A stretch of DNA of 64,000 nucleotides from Diplonema japonicum (Eukaryota; Protista; Euglenozoa: Diplonemea), in assembly GCA_964019335.1 (NCBI GenBank), contig OZ025661.1, positions 1-64,000 of the forward strand, in the 5' to 3' direction. Below are positions 32,872 to 44,362 of the stretch, piece after piece. How positions within the stretch are numbered: the stretch's first letter is position 1; every line of letters starts with the position of its first letter. A model generated the notes under the pieces. It was not told where the DNA came from, made no database searches, and saw only the letters and a program-made list of their open reading frames with translations. The position numbers were made by a program, and so were the translations under genes.

Positions 32872-34854
32872 CTACTCGGTGGTGACCATGCCATACAGCT
32901 CGAAGTGTGTGACTGTTAAGTCCTCAGCCCCGTCAGTGCGCACCAACTGCACTTCGATAATGCTAAAGCAGCAGCTAAGCTCATAATGCACCGGTTGAAA
33001 AGGATACAACAGCCTACCAGACTGCCTGTCCAACGTCACCCACGCCCCATCCTTGAGCTTCCCTTTCAGCGTCCAGCTTGTCAACGGCTCGCAACTGTTT
33101 CCCTGAGCAAACTCGTAGTGTGAGGGGAACACCACCCCCACTAACGGCGAGGTGAACTTGACAGAAACAAAAGGTGCCTTCTGTAACTTTGTGCAGGTGC
33201 AACGAATCTGTGGCCTGCTACCGAACAGTTTCCACCCTGCCGACAGGGGGTTCTTGGGTGAGGACGTGGTCACAACCACGGCTCGCTGCTTAGCTATGTT
33301 CCTCTCGTTGTTCTTCTTCAAGTAGTCTAGCACCCCTCCCGTACCGAGAGAGAAGACCTTGCCCCTGCTACTGCTTGTGTTCTCCTGTGCTGGATTCGCC
33401 GTGTCCTTCACTGACTGCATTGACGAGGGAGGCATAACTATATTGCACCACTCTCGTTGTAAGCACGTTTGTGCAATATTATACACGAGGCTGTCACGAC
33501 GGTCACTACTGTTGTTGCAGTGCAATAACGCTTCCGCTAGGACATCCTGAGGTAGCTCACTAAACACGCCATAGCTTGTGCTCCCAGCGTGCTGCCCTAT
33601 ATTCCCAGACAATACCTCAATAAGCTTAGTTCTCAAGCTCTTAAGGCACAATTTGTTAGCAACTGTGCACAACATGAGAAACTCATTGTCACAGTCTTTG
33701 ACACGATCTATCAGCTCTTTCTCGCAGCTGCTAGTGCCATGTTCAAGTCCCAACATAGTGCATATTTCAGCGAGCGAGACAATGTTGTCCGTCGGGTGCT
33801 TCCTCAGACTAAGCTTCTGCGGTACGTTGAAGCACTCCAAGTATATGGCCTCCGCAAGTTCCTTATTCAACGGAGTGTCAAAACTCACGGAGAGCATGCT
33901 GCTTTCTTCCCATTCAGAATCAAGCATTCTCTTGAAGTAGCTGTGTCTTCTGAGGACGTAAGAAAAGACATGCGCCGCATCAGTGTCACCAGTGCCCACG
34001 AGCTGCATTTCTGCCATGCGGCTATTTTCCAAAAGCCTGCTAATGTGCAGCCGCCGAATGTTTGATGTGCTCGTTCCCATCACCTTAGATGCCTCGGGAG
34101 TCGGCTGCAAAAACCGCTGAACGCTCTCGTACCATGACGTGAACGTCCTGAGCAGCACGCCCTCCAGTGTGATGGTGCTTCCTTCCATAACGAGCAACTT
34201 CCGTCTACACAAGTCACTGCAGTGCAGGAGCAGAATAGGACACTCAGTGACAACATCTTCAACTTTTACGTTTACCATCTGAGGCCCCCATGCTTCCATG
34301 CCCCTGAAAAGGGCCACTGTCTCCGGACACTGCAGTGGGAGCATATCTATAGGACGGAAACACTCAGGTGTGACCCGAAGGTTTTGTACTTTGATGGAAG
34401 ACCCCCAGGTGGTGAAGCCGATCCTGGATAACACGAAGGTGGAGCTGTTATCAACGAATGAAATAAGACAAGTGGCCTTTGAGGGGAGGCCCTCGCCTGC
34501 GCTGATGGTGGCTGTATTATTTTCCATCGATATATTGAGCCATAGGAGCGTGAATTTATCTTTTGAGAGGAGCTTGTCGTGCTTCGCTTGACAAACGACA
34601 CCTTCGTCACGCTTCCCAAGCAGCGTCTTTGTGTTTTGGTAATTAGCGTACCGCACGATATAGGCCGGCACACCATCACCTGCAGACTTGCTCCTCGTCT
34701 CTACCACCTCGTGCTCATCTGTCACACACACACTAGCATCCGTGTCGCCGAGGACCTGAAAAGTCAATAGCAACCCGTTGCTGATACACACCCCTTCCAG
34801 GCCGATCCACAGGATCTTGTTATCATAACCGCCTGTCACCGTGAATGAGGCCAT
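32872..34854 (-). CDS. BTB/POZ protein with N-terminal FAMeT-like and C-terminal discoidin-like domains
   Basis: VLRRHSYFKRMLDSEWEES (BTB); IGFTTWG (FAMeT-like); PSHY..SWTLKG..WVTLD..FELYG. Confidence 0.65.
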   Translation of the reverse strand: MASFTVTGGYDNKILWIGLEGVCISNGLLLTFQVLGDTDASVCVTDEHEVVETRSKSAGDGVPAYIVRYANYQNTKTLLGKRDEGVVCQAKHDKLLSKDKFTLLWLNISMENNTATISAGEGLPSKATCLISFVDNSSTFVLSRIGFTTWGSSIKVQNLRVTPECFRPIDMLPLQCPETVALFRGMEAWGPQMVNVKVEDVVTECPILLLHCSDLCRRKLLVMEGSTITLEGVLLRTFTSWYESVQRFLQPTPEASKVMGTSTSNIRRLHISRLLENSRMAEMQLVGTGDTDAAHVFSYVLRRHSYFKRMLDSEWEESSMLSVSFDTPLNKELAEAIYLECFNVPQKLSLRKHPTDNIVSLAEICTMLGLEHGTSSCEKELIDRVKDCDNEFLMLCTVANKLCLKSLRTKLIEVLSGNIGQHAGSTSYGVFSELPQDVLAEALLHCNNSSDRRDSLVYNIAQTCLQREWCNIVMPPSSMQSVKDTANPAQENTSSSRGKVFSLGTGGVLDYLKKNNERNIAKQRAVVVTTSSPKNPLSAGWKLFGSRPQIRCTCTKLQKAPFVSVKFTSPLVGVVFPSHYEFAQGNSCEPLTSWTLKGKLKDGAWVTLDRQSGRLLYPFQPVHYELSCCFSIIEVQLVRTDGAEDLTVTHFELYGMVTTE

Positions 34855-34944
34855 TTAGCATTCCTATTGAGCGTAGTGAATAAATTGTAAAAAACGCCAA
34901 AGATAATAATACAGCTAAACATAACTAAACTAAACAGCTGAACT

Positions 34945-35571
34945 TCAGATGTATCGCATATTCGTGCCTTCCTTCTCAGTTAAAAGCACCTTATCAAACA
35001 TGGCATCTATTTTCTTCTTATCAAGCTTCTCCTGCTTCCTGCGTGTGTATAACGTGACGATCCAGCTCTTGGCGCCCCACGCTGCAAAGTAAGCGAAGCA
35101 CAGCAAACATGAAGCGAAGTAGAAGTAAGCTGTGCCCACCCAGTAGCAGTACGTAGGGTCGATGAAGTAGGCCATCGCGGACGTGGTAAGGAGCACGCCT
35201 GCAACAAGGAACAGCGAGCACCACGCGATGAATGTGTGCTGGTTGCCACGCATCCTGTTTCTGTACCGCTTCTTTGTCCGTTTGTCCACCTTGGACCTCG
35301 CATCGTAGAAGTGCACATTGTACCACAGCCCAATAAGCCCAAAACCGATTGTGAAGCAGTTGATAAAATACAACAGCACAGTCACCTCGAAGGAAAAGTA
35401 CTTATAGCACCAGGGTTCCGACACAGTTGTCGAGTTAACCCTACTTGCAATGATCTCCCTCTCAACACACGGCCCTGTCTGGTTCGCTGTCAATATGAAG
35501 TAGCAGAGGTCCTCAGCCTCGCATAGCCCTTGACTCAGTATCTCACTGCATACTACTTCAGTCCCGTTCAT
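34945..35571 (-). CDS. Hypothetical multi-pass membrane protein
   Basis: 208-aa ORF with ~3 hydrophobic segments. Confidence 0.65.
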   Translation of the reverse strand: MNGTEVVCSEILSQGLCEAEDLCYFILTANQTGPCVEREIIASRVNSTTVSEPWCYKYFSFEVTVLLYFINCFTIGFGLIGLWYNVHFYDARSKVDKRTKKRYRNRMRGNQHTFIAWCSLFLVAGVLLTTSAMAYFIDPTYCYWVGTAYFYFASCLLCFAYFAAWGAKSWIVTLYTRRKQEKLDKKKIDAMFDKVLLTEKEGTNMRYI

Positions 35572-35644
35572 ATTCCCTATATTGTGTTCATGACAGGATC
35601 TTCTTGCAGAAAAAAGCGATAAGAGATTGCGGCCACGCTACGAC

Positions 35645-37837
35645 CTACGACCTGCGGATAAATTGGTTGGCTGCCATCGATCTTTCCTCGTTTTCCATAT
35701 CCTGTGTTTTAATGATATGATATTGATGAACTTCAGGAAATACCTCGCGAAAGGGGTCTGTACTGATTGCCCTCACGTCTATGCCTAGCTTCTGAGCCTT
35801 TTGTTTCACTAGCTGATCCTGCTTCAGTCTCTCTAGGCGGCTGTTTTGGTTTGTTTTTTCATTTGTATAATATATTTCTATCTGGAGGTAGAAAACTGCT
35901 ACGTGACGTGGAATGTCTATGTACAAGAGAAGAGTGGCATACCTCACAAATCTTCCCCCAACCTGTTCGCCGTCTCCCGGTCTGTGGTGCTCTCTGTTAA
36001 TGTGGAAGAGGTACGAATGCGGGTTCTTTATGTCACCGGCGATCTTCTTCACTGCAACATATCCCGGAGGCCCGTACTTGCTAGCCGCCCGCACGCCCTT
36101 AGTAAGGTACGTGTACCTTCTGAGGGAGTCGAGGTAGTTGGCATCGCTGAGTGTCTTTTGTTGTTGTGTGTTCCCCAAGACAAGTTCTTTGATCTGTCCC
36201 TTAGAGAACAGGGATAGCTCCTCGCCTGTCATCACAGTCGTTCCTGTTTCGTACGTGTCACTGTTCCTCATGTGCATCAGCAGCTCGAATGCCTCTTTAT
36301 TGTATCCCTGCGCATTGTTCAATAACGTGTCTTCTTTTTCGAACATCTTTGTTTCCGCCCTCCGTGGAAAGGCCCTCTCGGTCCCTGCATAAGCCTTGCT
36401 GTTGTCATAGAACGGCTGCACTTCTTCAAACCGTGTGATCGGCTTCTTCCTCTTAGCACGTGTCTCGGCAACGTCGTGAATCGCGATGAATGCCTTTCTC
36501 TTCAATTCTGCGATCACCGGCAGCCCCTTCAGCTTGTTGATGACTTCACTACAAGGAACAAGCGGGTCAGTCAAGTACTCAAATTCGGGTTGTACCGTTT
36601 TCTTTGGTCGTCTCACGGTGAACCATTTACCTCTTTTGATCTTCCTGAACTTTTCGGGCTCTTCTTCGTGCAACAAGTCCTGCACAGGCTTTTTCTTCAA
36701 AGTCCCCTTTGCTTGCCGCAGCTTAAAAAGCAGCATCTGGTCGCGTGTGATGCGCTTCTTCTTTAAACCCTTCTTCCGCTTCTGTACACAGAGAGCCTTC
36801 CCGTCAGACCACCTAGGGTCATTCTCCGCTGTCGCCATGCAGATGCCCACGTGCAGCAGCTCCTCATCGGCTACGATCTCTGAATCGATGTAAGCAAACC
36901 GTACGGACCGCCGCTCGCACTTTAGATACGAAATCATCCCGTCGATCAGCTGCTGCAGTTGTTTTTGGGCATCACGAAGCTCCACGTCCTCGGCAGTCGG
37001 CTGTGGCTTGGGAGGCTGTTCCGGGATAGGCGTTTCATCGCTGAAGTTTTTAACATTCTTCATGTCCCTTCGGTTGAACCACATCGTAGGGTGGGGGGTT
37101 TTGTGATTGAGACCCAGCGTCACCTCCTCAGGTGACTCGAACAGCTGATCAATGATAGCGACTAATGGAATGCAGGCCGGGAAATATTTAACACCATCTT
37201 TCTCCTTTACTGCATTTAAGTACTCAGCTACCTCGTTCTCAGTTTGGAAGACTGGAAGGAAGGCTGGTGCCGAAGGATCGTTTTCTCTGCCTGGCAGCGG
37301 TATGAAGGAGGGGGTTACTTCTGTTTCTGTCTCGGTCTGTGATCTGACGAGCTCGAGCATCTCCTCAGGGATGTCGTCCTCAAAGGCGCCAATGAAAGAC
37401 GATACGTCCATCTCCTGCATGGGGATCCACGCGTCGAATGCCTGCAGCTTTTTGTACAGGGCAGGCTGCGCAAAGATGGAGCTCGACGTCTTCATGAGTG
37501 TGATCAAGTCGTTGATGTTGAGCGTGTTGGGGTCCTTCTTCGTGAGGTCATCCTCAGCAGCTGGCCACGCAAACACGTTAGGATTCTCTGTATCCACCGG
37601 ACACGCTGCCATCCTTACCTGCCGGACTTTCGGGAGCAAGGTGCTGGTCCACATTTCCATACCCGCCTCCTCCCCGTGCATGTCCTTCAATGCCCTTTGC
37701 ATCTCCATCAACCAATCATGTTTCTTAACTCTCTTCTCCCACGGCCATGCCGCGTCCAGGGCGCTGTCTACAATATTATTCTTCCCATTTACTAAAAATC
37801 TCCTCTGCAACGATTTTGATGATAAAGCGTGAAACAT
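35645..37837 (-). CDS. Hypothetical protein with SseB-like segment, possibly mitochondrial
   Basis: Long ORF with an FLPVFQTE..VTLGLN SseB-like pattern; possible in-frame intron(s) near 35850-35942. Confidence 0.6.
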   Translation of the reverse strand: MFHALSSKSLQRRFLVNGKNNIVDSALDAAWPWEKRVKKHDWLMEMQRALKDMHGEEAGMEMWTSTLLPKVRQVRMAACPVDTENPNVFAWPAAEDDLTKKDPNTLNINDLITLMKTSSSIFAQPALYKKLQAFDAWIPMQEMDVSSFIGAFEDDIPEEMLELVRSQTETETEVTPSFIPLPGRENDPSAPAFLPVFQTENEVAEYLNAVKEKDGVKYFPACIPLVAIIDQLFESPEEVTLGLNHKTPHPTMWFNRRDMKNVKNFSDETPIPEQPPKPQPTAEDVELRDAQKQLQQLIDGMISYLKCERRSVRFAYIDSEIVADEELLHVGICMATAENDPRWSDGKALCVQKRKKGLKKKRITRDQMLLFKLRQAKGTLKKKPVQDLLHEEEPEKFRKIKRGKWFTVRRPKKTVQPEFEYLTDPLVPCSEVINKLKGLPVIAELKRKAFIAIHDVAETRAKRKKPITRFEEVQPFYDNSKAYAGTERAFPRRAETKMFEKEDTLLNNAQGYNKEAFELLMHMRNSDTYETGTTVMTGEELSLFSKGQIKELVLGNTQQQKTLSDANYLDSLRRYTYLTKGVRAASKYGPPGYVAVKKIAGDIKNPHSYLFHINREHHRPGDGEQVGGRFVRYATLLLYIDIPRHVAVFYLQIEIYYTNEKTNQNSRLERLKQDQLVKQKAQKLGIDVRAISTDPFREVFPEVHQYHIIKTQDMENEERSMAANQFIRRS

Positions 37838-37878
37838 GTGTTGCCTGGGTGATATGTACGATGACCAAGAGCCAATAA

Positions 37879-40242
37879 CTACCACGCTTTAAGTGGAATG
37901 TACCGGAATCTACCCGTAGTTCGCTCTTTTCGTATCTTGGGCGCTGCTCCCGTAGAAGCTCGGCCTTGCACATTGGTAGGAGTGGTAGTAGCGGCAGGAG
38001 TGCTAGTAGCGGCAGGTGTGGTAGACGCGTTGAGAGGAGAGTGCTCCGAAGGATTAGAAGGTGGTGGGCTTCTTCCGCTGAGGTGCATTTTGAAGGCATC
38101 CAAGAACTTGTTGTGTTCAGGCCGCAAGCACGCCCTTCGCAGAGCTCTTTTTAAAACCTTTACATCCTTTGGCGGTACGTGACGGTATATAGAAGAAGCA
38201 AGTTTTACAAGCACATCAGTACTAAGCGCGGTCATGGGTGTGGCTGTGACGCACCTGAATGTGATGAGATCCATCACCTCGTGCCGTTTGTACCCTGTCG
38301 CCTCCCCTGCTTTACAGAACAAGGCATCGCAGTAGTTGATGATGCTTATCTCTGACCCGTGCTCCGCTGACTTCAACAACTTGTACACATCTCTTCCCTG
38401 CAGTCCCTCACAGCCGTGTTTCCCGTACTTCATCAGGAGCGGCCGTGTACTGCCCTGCAACTGCTTGATGTAACACACACAGTCCACGTACTCCCCAGTA
38501 CTGAGCCCTTTATTCTCCAACATCCTTTTCCCTATGGCATCAACATCGCGTTTCGAAATCCCAGGCATGGCAACCAGTGCCGACAAAGTGATGCTGAAGT
38601 GCGCACCCGACATAGGGCACAGCATTTTAGAAACACAGCTAGCCATCAATGCAGTGTTGACAACCAGCAGTGTGGCATGGGCTTTTATCATCTTGGCCAG
38701 TGCTGGAACTCGCAGACATTTAACATTTATGAAGGAAGAGAGCCAAGTGACGTGTTCCTTTCCGACGCGGCATTTCGCGGCAGACACCATTAAGGAAGAT
38801 GCCTCTTCATGAGTGGGGGGCGGGTCCTGCTTCGCGCACAGACCAGCAAATGCAGTTCGAAGAGCATCAGATTTCTGCTCAAAGAGTGCAAGTGCCCTGC
38901 CTGTTGCTATTCTTGTTCGCCATGGCAGGGTGGATGAACCCCCGTGCTCGATGAAGCACGCCACTAAGACCTTGCAGACACGCATAGCCACAGGACTATC
39001 CTTGTAAGCGTTATATGTGCTAAGCAGTTTTGTGTGAATAGCACCCCATTCCTCGTCACAACAGCGCTGTACAGCACGTAGCACGACATCTTCCGTAACT
39101 TGCGTTGGCTTTCCCAGCAGCATCACGTCTTCTGGCAAGAGATCAGTGCGGTTGGATAAAGCATTTTTTATTTTCTTCCATGCACCTTCATTGATGCCCG
39201 AGGCATCCATTTTCACGAAACAGCTGTAAAATATACAGCACTGCGCATTGCTAAGCGTTGGAATGTGAGCAGCGCACTTCGCAAGCACCATGGCCAGTAC
39301 GTTGTCGTCTATCTGTGACGCCTTGACACCACCCTCGGATAGATATTTCAGGACATGTAGTATCTCCACAACATGCAGATCACGCCTGCACAACACAGTA
39401 AAACATGCCAGCAACGTGCGCCGGTTGGAATCTTCGTATGGGCCCTTCCTGTGTTGAGCGTAGCCTTTTATGAACTGCATCATTTGGCTGAGAGGCAAGC
39501 CTTTCCGAAACCACTTCTTGACCAATTCACTGTACTTAAAGTACACCAGCTGCTGCAGATCATAGTTACTTTTGAACATATAAATATGCCGAAGGATATT
39601 GCCTGCCTCGTCAGAGAGCACAGCTTCCTTGAAGGAACTGCCGAGACACGCGTTGAGAATGGAACGGTGCAGCGCGCTGTGTTGCGGAGTGTCAAAGTGG
39701 TGGGTCACAATGGCATGGCACAGTGCCGCAGCCATGACGGGTTCTATGGTGCTGGCCTTGTTGCATGCGTGATGAATGAAGGAAATAACATCGTCGGAGG
39801 AAAAAAGGGTACTGTTGCTGGCTGTGATGGCAATCAGGGAAATGAGGTGCCTAACCGGAAGGGACCTGAAGGCACGCTTGGTCCTTGCGAGACATTCTAC
39901 TTTTATGTGCTGCGTGCAGTCGTCCACCAAGTTCACGGGTAGAGTGTCCAACGCACGCAACCCATCATGCGGATGCAGCATGCCGCTTTCGAGTTCCCGC
40001 ACAAGCACTGAGTTCAAGACTTTAAGAAAGTCTCGATCTGCAATCACACCCCATTCCCGCACTTTCTTCTTATAAAGCATTAGTATCAGGCATGCATCTC
40101 TTCCTGAGATGAAGTTCGCTGAAAGCCCCCGCGGTACTGCTGTCAAGATGCTGCTAAACTGCTTTACATCCTTCCGGTCACTTGCAGCTTGCAGCATGCG
40201 GTGCAGTTCCCTGCCAGAGGAGCACACTAAGAGCTTCCGCAT
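37879..40242 (-). CDS. Hypothetical helical-repeat protein
   Basis: ~790-aa uninterrupted ORF; start ambiguous (40242 or 40344). Confidence 0.65.
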   Translation of the reverse strand: MRKLLVCSSGRELHRMLQAASDRKDVKQFSSILTAVPRGLSANFISGRDACLILMLYKKKVREWGVIADRDFLKVLNSVLVRELESGMLHPHDGLRALDTLPVNLVDDCTQHIKVECLARTKRAFRSLPVRHLISLIAITASNSTLFSSDDVISFIHHACNKASTIEPVMAAALCHAIVTHHFDTPQHSALHRSILNACLGSSFKEAVLSDEAGNILRHIYMFKSNYDLQQLVYFKYSELVKKWFRKGLPLSQMMQFIKGYAQHRKGPYEDSNRRTLLACFTVLCRRDLHVVEILHVLKYLSEGGVKASQIDDNVLAMVLAKCAAHIPTLSNAQCCIFYSCFVKMDASGINEGAWKKIKNALSNRTDLLPEDVMLLGKPTQVTEDVVLRAVQRCCDEEWGAIHTKLLSTYNAYKDSPVAMRVCKVLVACFIEHGGSSTLPWRTRIATGRALALFEQKSDALRTAFAGLCAKQDPPPTHEEASSLMVSAAKCRVGKEHVTWLSSFINVKCLRVPALAKMIKAHATLLVVNTALMASCVSKMLCPMSGAHFSITLSALVAMPGISKRDVDAIGKRMLENKGLSTGEYVDCVCYIKQLQGSTRPLLMKYGKHGCEGLQGRDVYKLLKSAEHGSEISIINYCDALFCKAGEATGYKRHEVMDLITFRCVTATPMTALSTDVLVKLASSIYRHVPPKDVKVLKRALRRACLRPEHNKFLDAFKMHLSGRSPPPSNPSEHSPLNASTTPAATSTPAATTTPTNVQGRASTGAAPKIRKERTTGRFRYIPLKAW

Positions 40243-40478
40243 CCTGCCCCCCCCTCCCCCATTCCTGAGTGCTGTTACGTACAACGAAACATAAAAAAAG
40301 AGGCCGAATCCCTGCCTATGTTTTTTGCATGCTGTTCTACTCATATGAATCGGCGGTCTGTCGTTACGACGAGATGGTTGTGCTAAGCCGAAAGAGAAGA
40401 CGTAGGTTCAAATTAAAGTTCGAAGCTTCCTTAATATCAAAGTGTTAACGATCGTTGGCAGTGTCCCAGGTGCGCTTT

Positions 40479-42281
40479 TTACCTTAAACCACCGTAACGA
40501 CCAAGGAGCTGCTGGTAGCCTTGCAGCCCCTGAAGGTTAAATTGGAGATTTTGCATCTGCATCATTGGATTCATGCTACCGCCCCCTGCTTGCCGCATGC
40601 TGTGATGGTGATGGTGATGGTGATGATGGTGGTGGTGGTGGTTAAAGCCCCCACCACCTCGTCCCTTGCCACCATACGAATGGTAAGGCACTGGGCGAAC
40701 TGGAGCACCGCCACCGCCTTGCATCTCAAGCTTAGATGACCTGAAGATTTCGATATACCGGTGTCCCAAACGTGATCTGTCCTTCTGCAGAGCGCCGTCT
40801 ACGTCCATTGCGCTTCTGAATTCAACAAATGCCTCGCCAGACGGCCTGTTCTCCGTGTTGTACACAAGATGAATTCCCTGAGCAGCGATGTTCAAGTTAG
40901 TGAACAGGTTTGCGATGTCTAACTCTGTAGCTGCATAAGGGAGCCCTCGCAGCTTCACCACGTGGTCCGTCCCCGCGGTGCCATGCATTGCGGGCTGGCC
41001 TGCCATTGCCTGCCCTTGTGCTAAAATCTGATTGAGTTCCACCTCTGATGCCCTGTACAATTCTACATAGCGCGTTCCAATGTACACGCGACCCAGACCC
41101 AGTGCCTTCTGCGCGTCGTTCTCGGAAGCGACTTTTACGAAAGCACACCCAGCAGGGCGCCCGTCGTGGCCCATCTGTATGTGTATGCTGTTCAGTACTA
41201 TGTTGACGCCGTGAGTAGAGAAGAACTGCACAACGTCGTGGTCCGTCGCGCTATATGGGATACCACGCATCCTCAGGGTCAGGCTGCTCGACACGTCGTT
41301 CTTGTTGCTGACGGCAAGAGCCTCGTCGACCTCCTTTGCTGAGCAAGGGAACAGCTCGATGTATCTGGTCCCTATCATCTGGTTGCTCTTCGACACCAAG
41401 GCCCTGTCTGCCTCCGCGTCATCCATGAACCTGGCGTAGGCCTCGCCTCTGTGCTTGCCCACGTCATCATAAGAGATGACCACACGCTCCAAAGCAAACC
41501 CTTCGAAAAAGCTAGCAACTTCTTCTTCCCCAGCGTTCCACGGTACGCCTCTCATTCGCAGATTGCACCTGTTTTCATTAATATACATGTTGTTTTAAAC
41601 ATACCCTCCTGCAGAGCCTGCTACAACACTCTTACTCACGCTCTTAACTCCCTTGTGCTGTTGGGGATGAGTGTTGCTCGTGTTGCATACCACAGGAGGG
41701 GAGTCTGGATCCCACGAGAAAGGTCCTGTGAACTTATGACCGTTAATGAGCAGGGCTTCTATCAACGTCGCAATGTTTCTGCACGTCTGGATGCCGGGTG
41801 TGGCTTCAGGGGCCTGTAGCGCCATGGTAGTAATACATGACTGTATGTCGCTGGGAGGGGGGCTCGACTGGAACTTGCCAATCTCAGTGCGGACGTCGAA
41901 GTACTTGGACCATGTAGAAGAGAGTGTGGCATTCGCATCGCGTGCATGTTTTGCAAGACACGTTTCAAGAGGGAAACGGCCGTTGGTGACGAGGCAGAAT
42001 CTTGTCCCGGTTTTAGTGTACTGTGTTGGCTAGATTTACGCGTGTAGCATACGTTTGTGAAGATGAAGCACTCGAATTCTTGCAGTGCATCCAGAGTTGC
42101 GTCGACAATAACGGTGCGCTCCGTGTTCCCGCTTTCTGACACAGAGAGAAACGACAGCTCTTTCATCTCCTCCTGGCCATCTAAGTCTCCTCCAATCTGG
42201 AGGCTGCTCTGTAGTGCGTGACGGGGAAACAGTAAGGCATACCACTATGTCTACAACCACAAAATTCGTGTGGCAAGACAT
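40479..42281 (-). CDS. ESRP/fusilli-like splicing regulator (exonuclease-like domain + 3 qRRMs)
   Basis: Three LRMRGxP..RYIE qRRMs. Upstream exons joined by 32-36-nt introns give FCLVTNGRFPL..KYFDVR..CRNIATLI..LLINGHKF. Confidence 0.75.
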
Positions 42282-42427
42282 GTTGTTCGCGGGTATCCTA
42301 GCAAAGTGAGAACAGGCAAACGAAAAGACTAATATATAAGCATTAAGTAATAGTACCAGCATTGCACAAGAACGGGATTGGGGGAGGAGGGTACTTAATA
42401 AGGTTAGATGGTGTATCTTGCTGTCGC

Positions 42428-43167
42428 CTACCCTTGCGATTCAAACAATGTAGCAAAGTACCTCTCAAAGTATCCCACTGTGTCCGAGTCAAAGTTGGTG
42501 AATCGCACCTCCTTCAACGCACCTGTTCAGTGGTGAACAAATGAAATTCAACGCACACCTTCGCCTTTCATCTTCGTGTCGAAAGCAATCGTCTCGTCAA
42601 TCAGAATCCGTGCACAAAGGTCTTTAGGGAATCCGAAGAGACCTGGCATGAGTGCTTTTGAAATACTGCAGTGCATACCGCTGCTCAGAGCCGGGACAGA
42701 CAAAGAACTATGTTTGAGTCCTTCAGTAGTTTTCAGAGTAGTACGAATGGCCTGATTGTGGTTGGAAAAGGAGGTGTCAATACCTGTCTCAAGAGATCGT
42801 CTTCTCCCTTTTTACCATTGTCGTACATGGGACCTACCACGTGCAGCACACTCTTGCAAGGAAGGTTGCCAGCTGACGTCACAGCAAGCTGCCCCGTGGC
42901 TACCGGGCCGTGGGCTGCGATGTATTCACCAGACTCTTTACGGATCACAGGACCCCCCTTCATCGATATTGCCTTCGCCAATCCCGCACCATGCGCCAAC
43001 TTGCTATTGGCAGCATTAACGATACAGTCGACCTTCTCGCATGTAAGGTCGCCCAAGGCCACTGTCAGTGTCAGCCCGTTCGGCAGTACGGTTTGCTTCT
43101 TCACCATAACCTCTTTTCCAATGGAAGTATCAGGCTGTCGTGTTGTTGGGTGCGCCGCACCTTGCAT
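42428..43167 (-). CDS. Macro domain protein (MacroD-type), 3 introns
   Basis: GDLT..IVNAANSKLAHGAGLA, HVVGP, and after splicing PALSSGLFGFP. Confidence 0.9.
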
Positions 43168-43327
43168 ACCTTTGTAGCTTTCAGACTTTTCCCAGGAACA
43201 TACTTTTTTGGTATGCTATAGACTGGGCCCGACATGTTTTCCTAAATATTAATGTGCACAAACACCATGCTTGCTTTGAGAAGAACTACTTGGACACTTT
43301 GCAGTGCAAGTGCTTGGAAAAGCGATG

Positions 43328-44362
43328 CTACACTGCAGGTGTATAAGGGTTGGTGATTGGCTTTGGTTTGTCCCACGCTGTGCTGATGTTGCGTGTGACG
43401 AAGTCGTGGCGGTAAATGTGACTCCTGGCGCGAGATGCTTTGATCTTCTTTGTTAACACCGAGATCGCCTTTTTAGGGTTTTGTTCCAACTGCTCTGAGA
43501 GAAGGCTGGCGACCTGCTTTTCGAGTCGCCCTCTCTGCGGCGAGTGCTCAACGCGTGACGAAGCAGTGCTGGCAGTGCTCACGGTACGGAAGGTGGATAT
43601 GAACTGAGAGTACAGCTTATCGAGCTCCAACTGTGTGGCAGTTGAACTAATCTTAGGTTCCATAGGTTCAGCTACAGGAGAGGCAGGGGCGCCCCATGCT
43701 GATTTTAGATTACTTGTCATCTCTGCATTGGCACACGAGGTGATGTTCGCAGATAGCCCACATGGTACGTGAGCTAGGCTTACATCATTCCATAATAGCA
43801 TTTCTGACATACGGCTCTTCGTCCTACTACTGGCAACAGTGACTGCTGATACATCCACCGACACTTCTTGATCCCATTTCTGGCTTCTTGTATCTTCGTC
43901 GTTGCCCCGCGACATCCCCCACTCTCTGGGGGTCAGATTCTCTGCAGCCTCGGGCTGCTTCACTCCCTGCACGGGCAATGGTCTCCATTTCTTCTTGTTG
44001 CTCACCTTCATATCTACAAGATCATGCCCTTTCCAATTCTTATTCTGTTTCTTCACCGTGTCCGCTTCTACATCTCTCACAAAGTCGTTAGTGTTCTTCT
44101 GAAACCTCTGCAGCCGACTTACGTACTTGGCCTTCCGCGTTGATACCGACACCGGAACGGTCTTGGGCTTCGTTTTCTTCTTCTGTTTTGCGGTTGGATC
44201 CGAGTCTTCTGCAACTCTGATGCCGGTGCGCTTATTGTGTAGTATTTGTATCCATTTTATATCTCGAGCCAAAAAGACCCCACCCATGCTGTAGGAGTGC
44301 ATCGAGGAAGAGCAACAGGGAATAGCCAAGGGACACAGAAACGAGCTCATTGTGACCTTCAA
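43328..44362 (-). CDS. Hypothetical low-complexity protein
   Basis: Long ORF co-oriented with the array; start uncertain. Confidence 0.55.
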   Translation of the reverse strand: MKVTMSSFLCPLAIPCCSSSMHSYSMGGVFLARDIKWIQILHNKRTGIRVAEDSDPTAKQKKKTKPKTVPVSVSTRKAKYVSRLQRFQKNTNDFVRDVEADTVKKQNKNWKGHDLVDMKVSNKKKWRPLPVQGVKQPEAAENLTPREWGMSRGNDEDTRSQKWDQEVSVDVSAVTVASSRTKSRMSEMLLWNDVSLAHVPCGLSANITSCANAEMTSNLKSAWGAPASPVAEPMEPKISSTATQLELDKLYSQFISTFRTVSTASTASSRVEHSPQRGRLEKQVASLLSEQLEQNPKKAISVLTKKIKASRARSHIYRHDFVTRNISTAWDKPKPITNPYTPAV

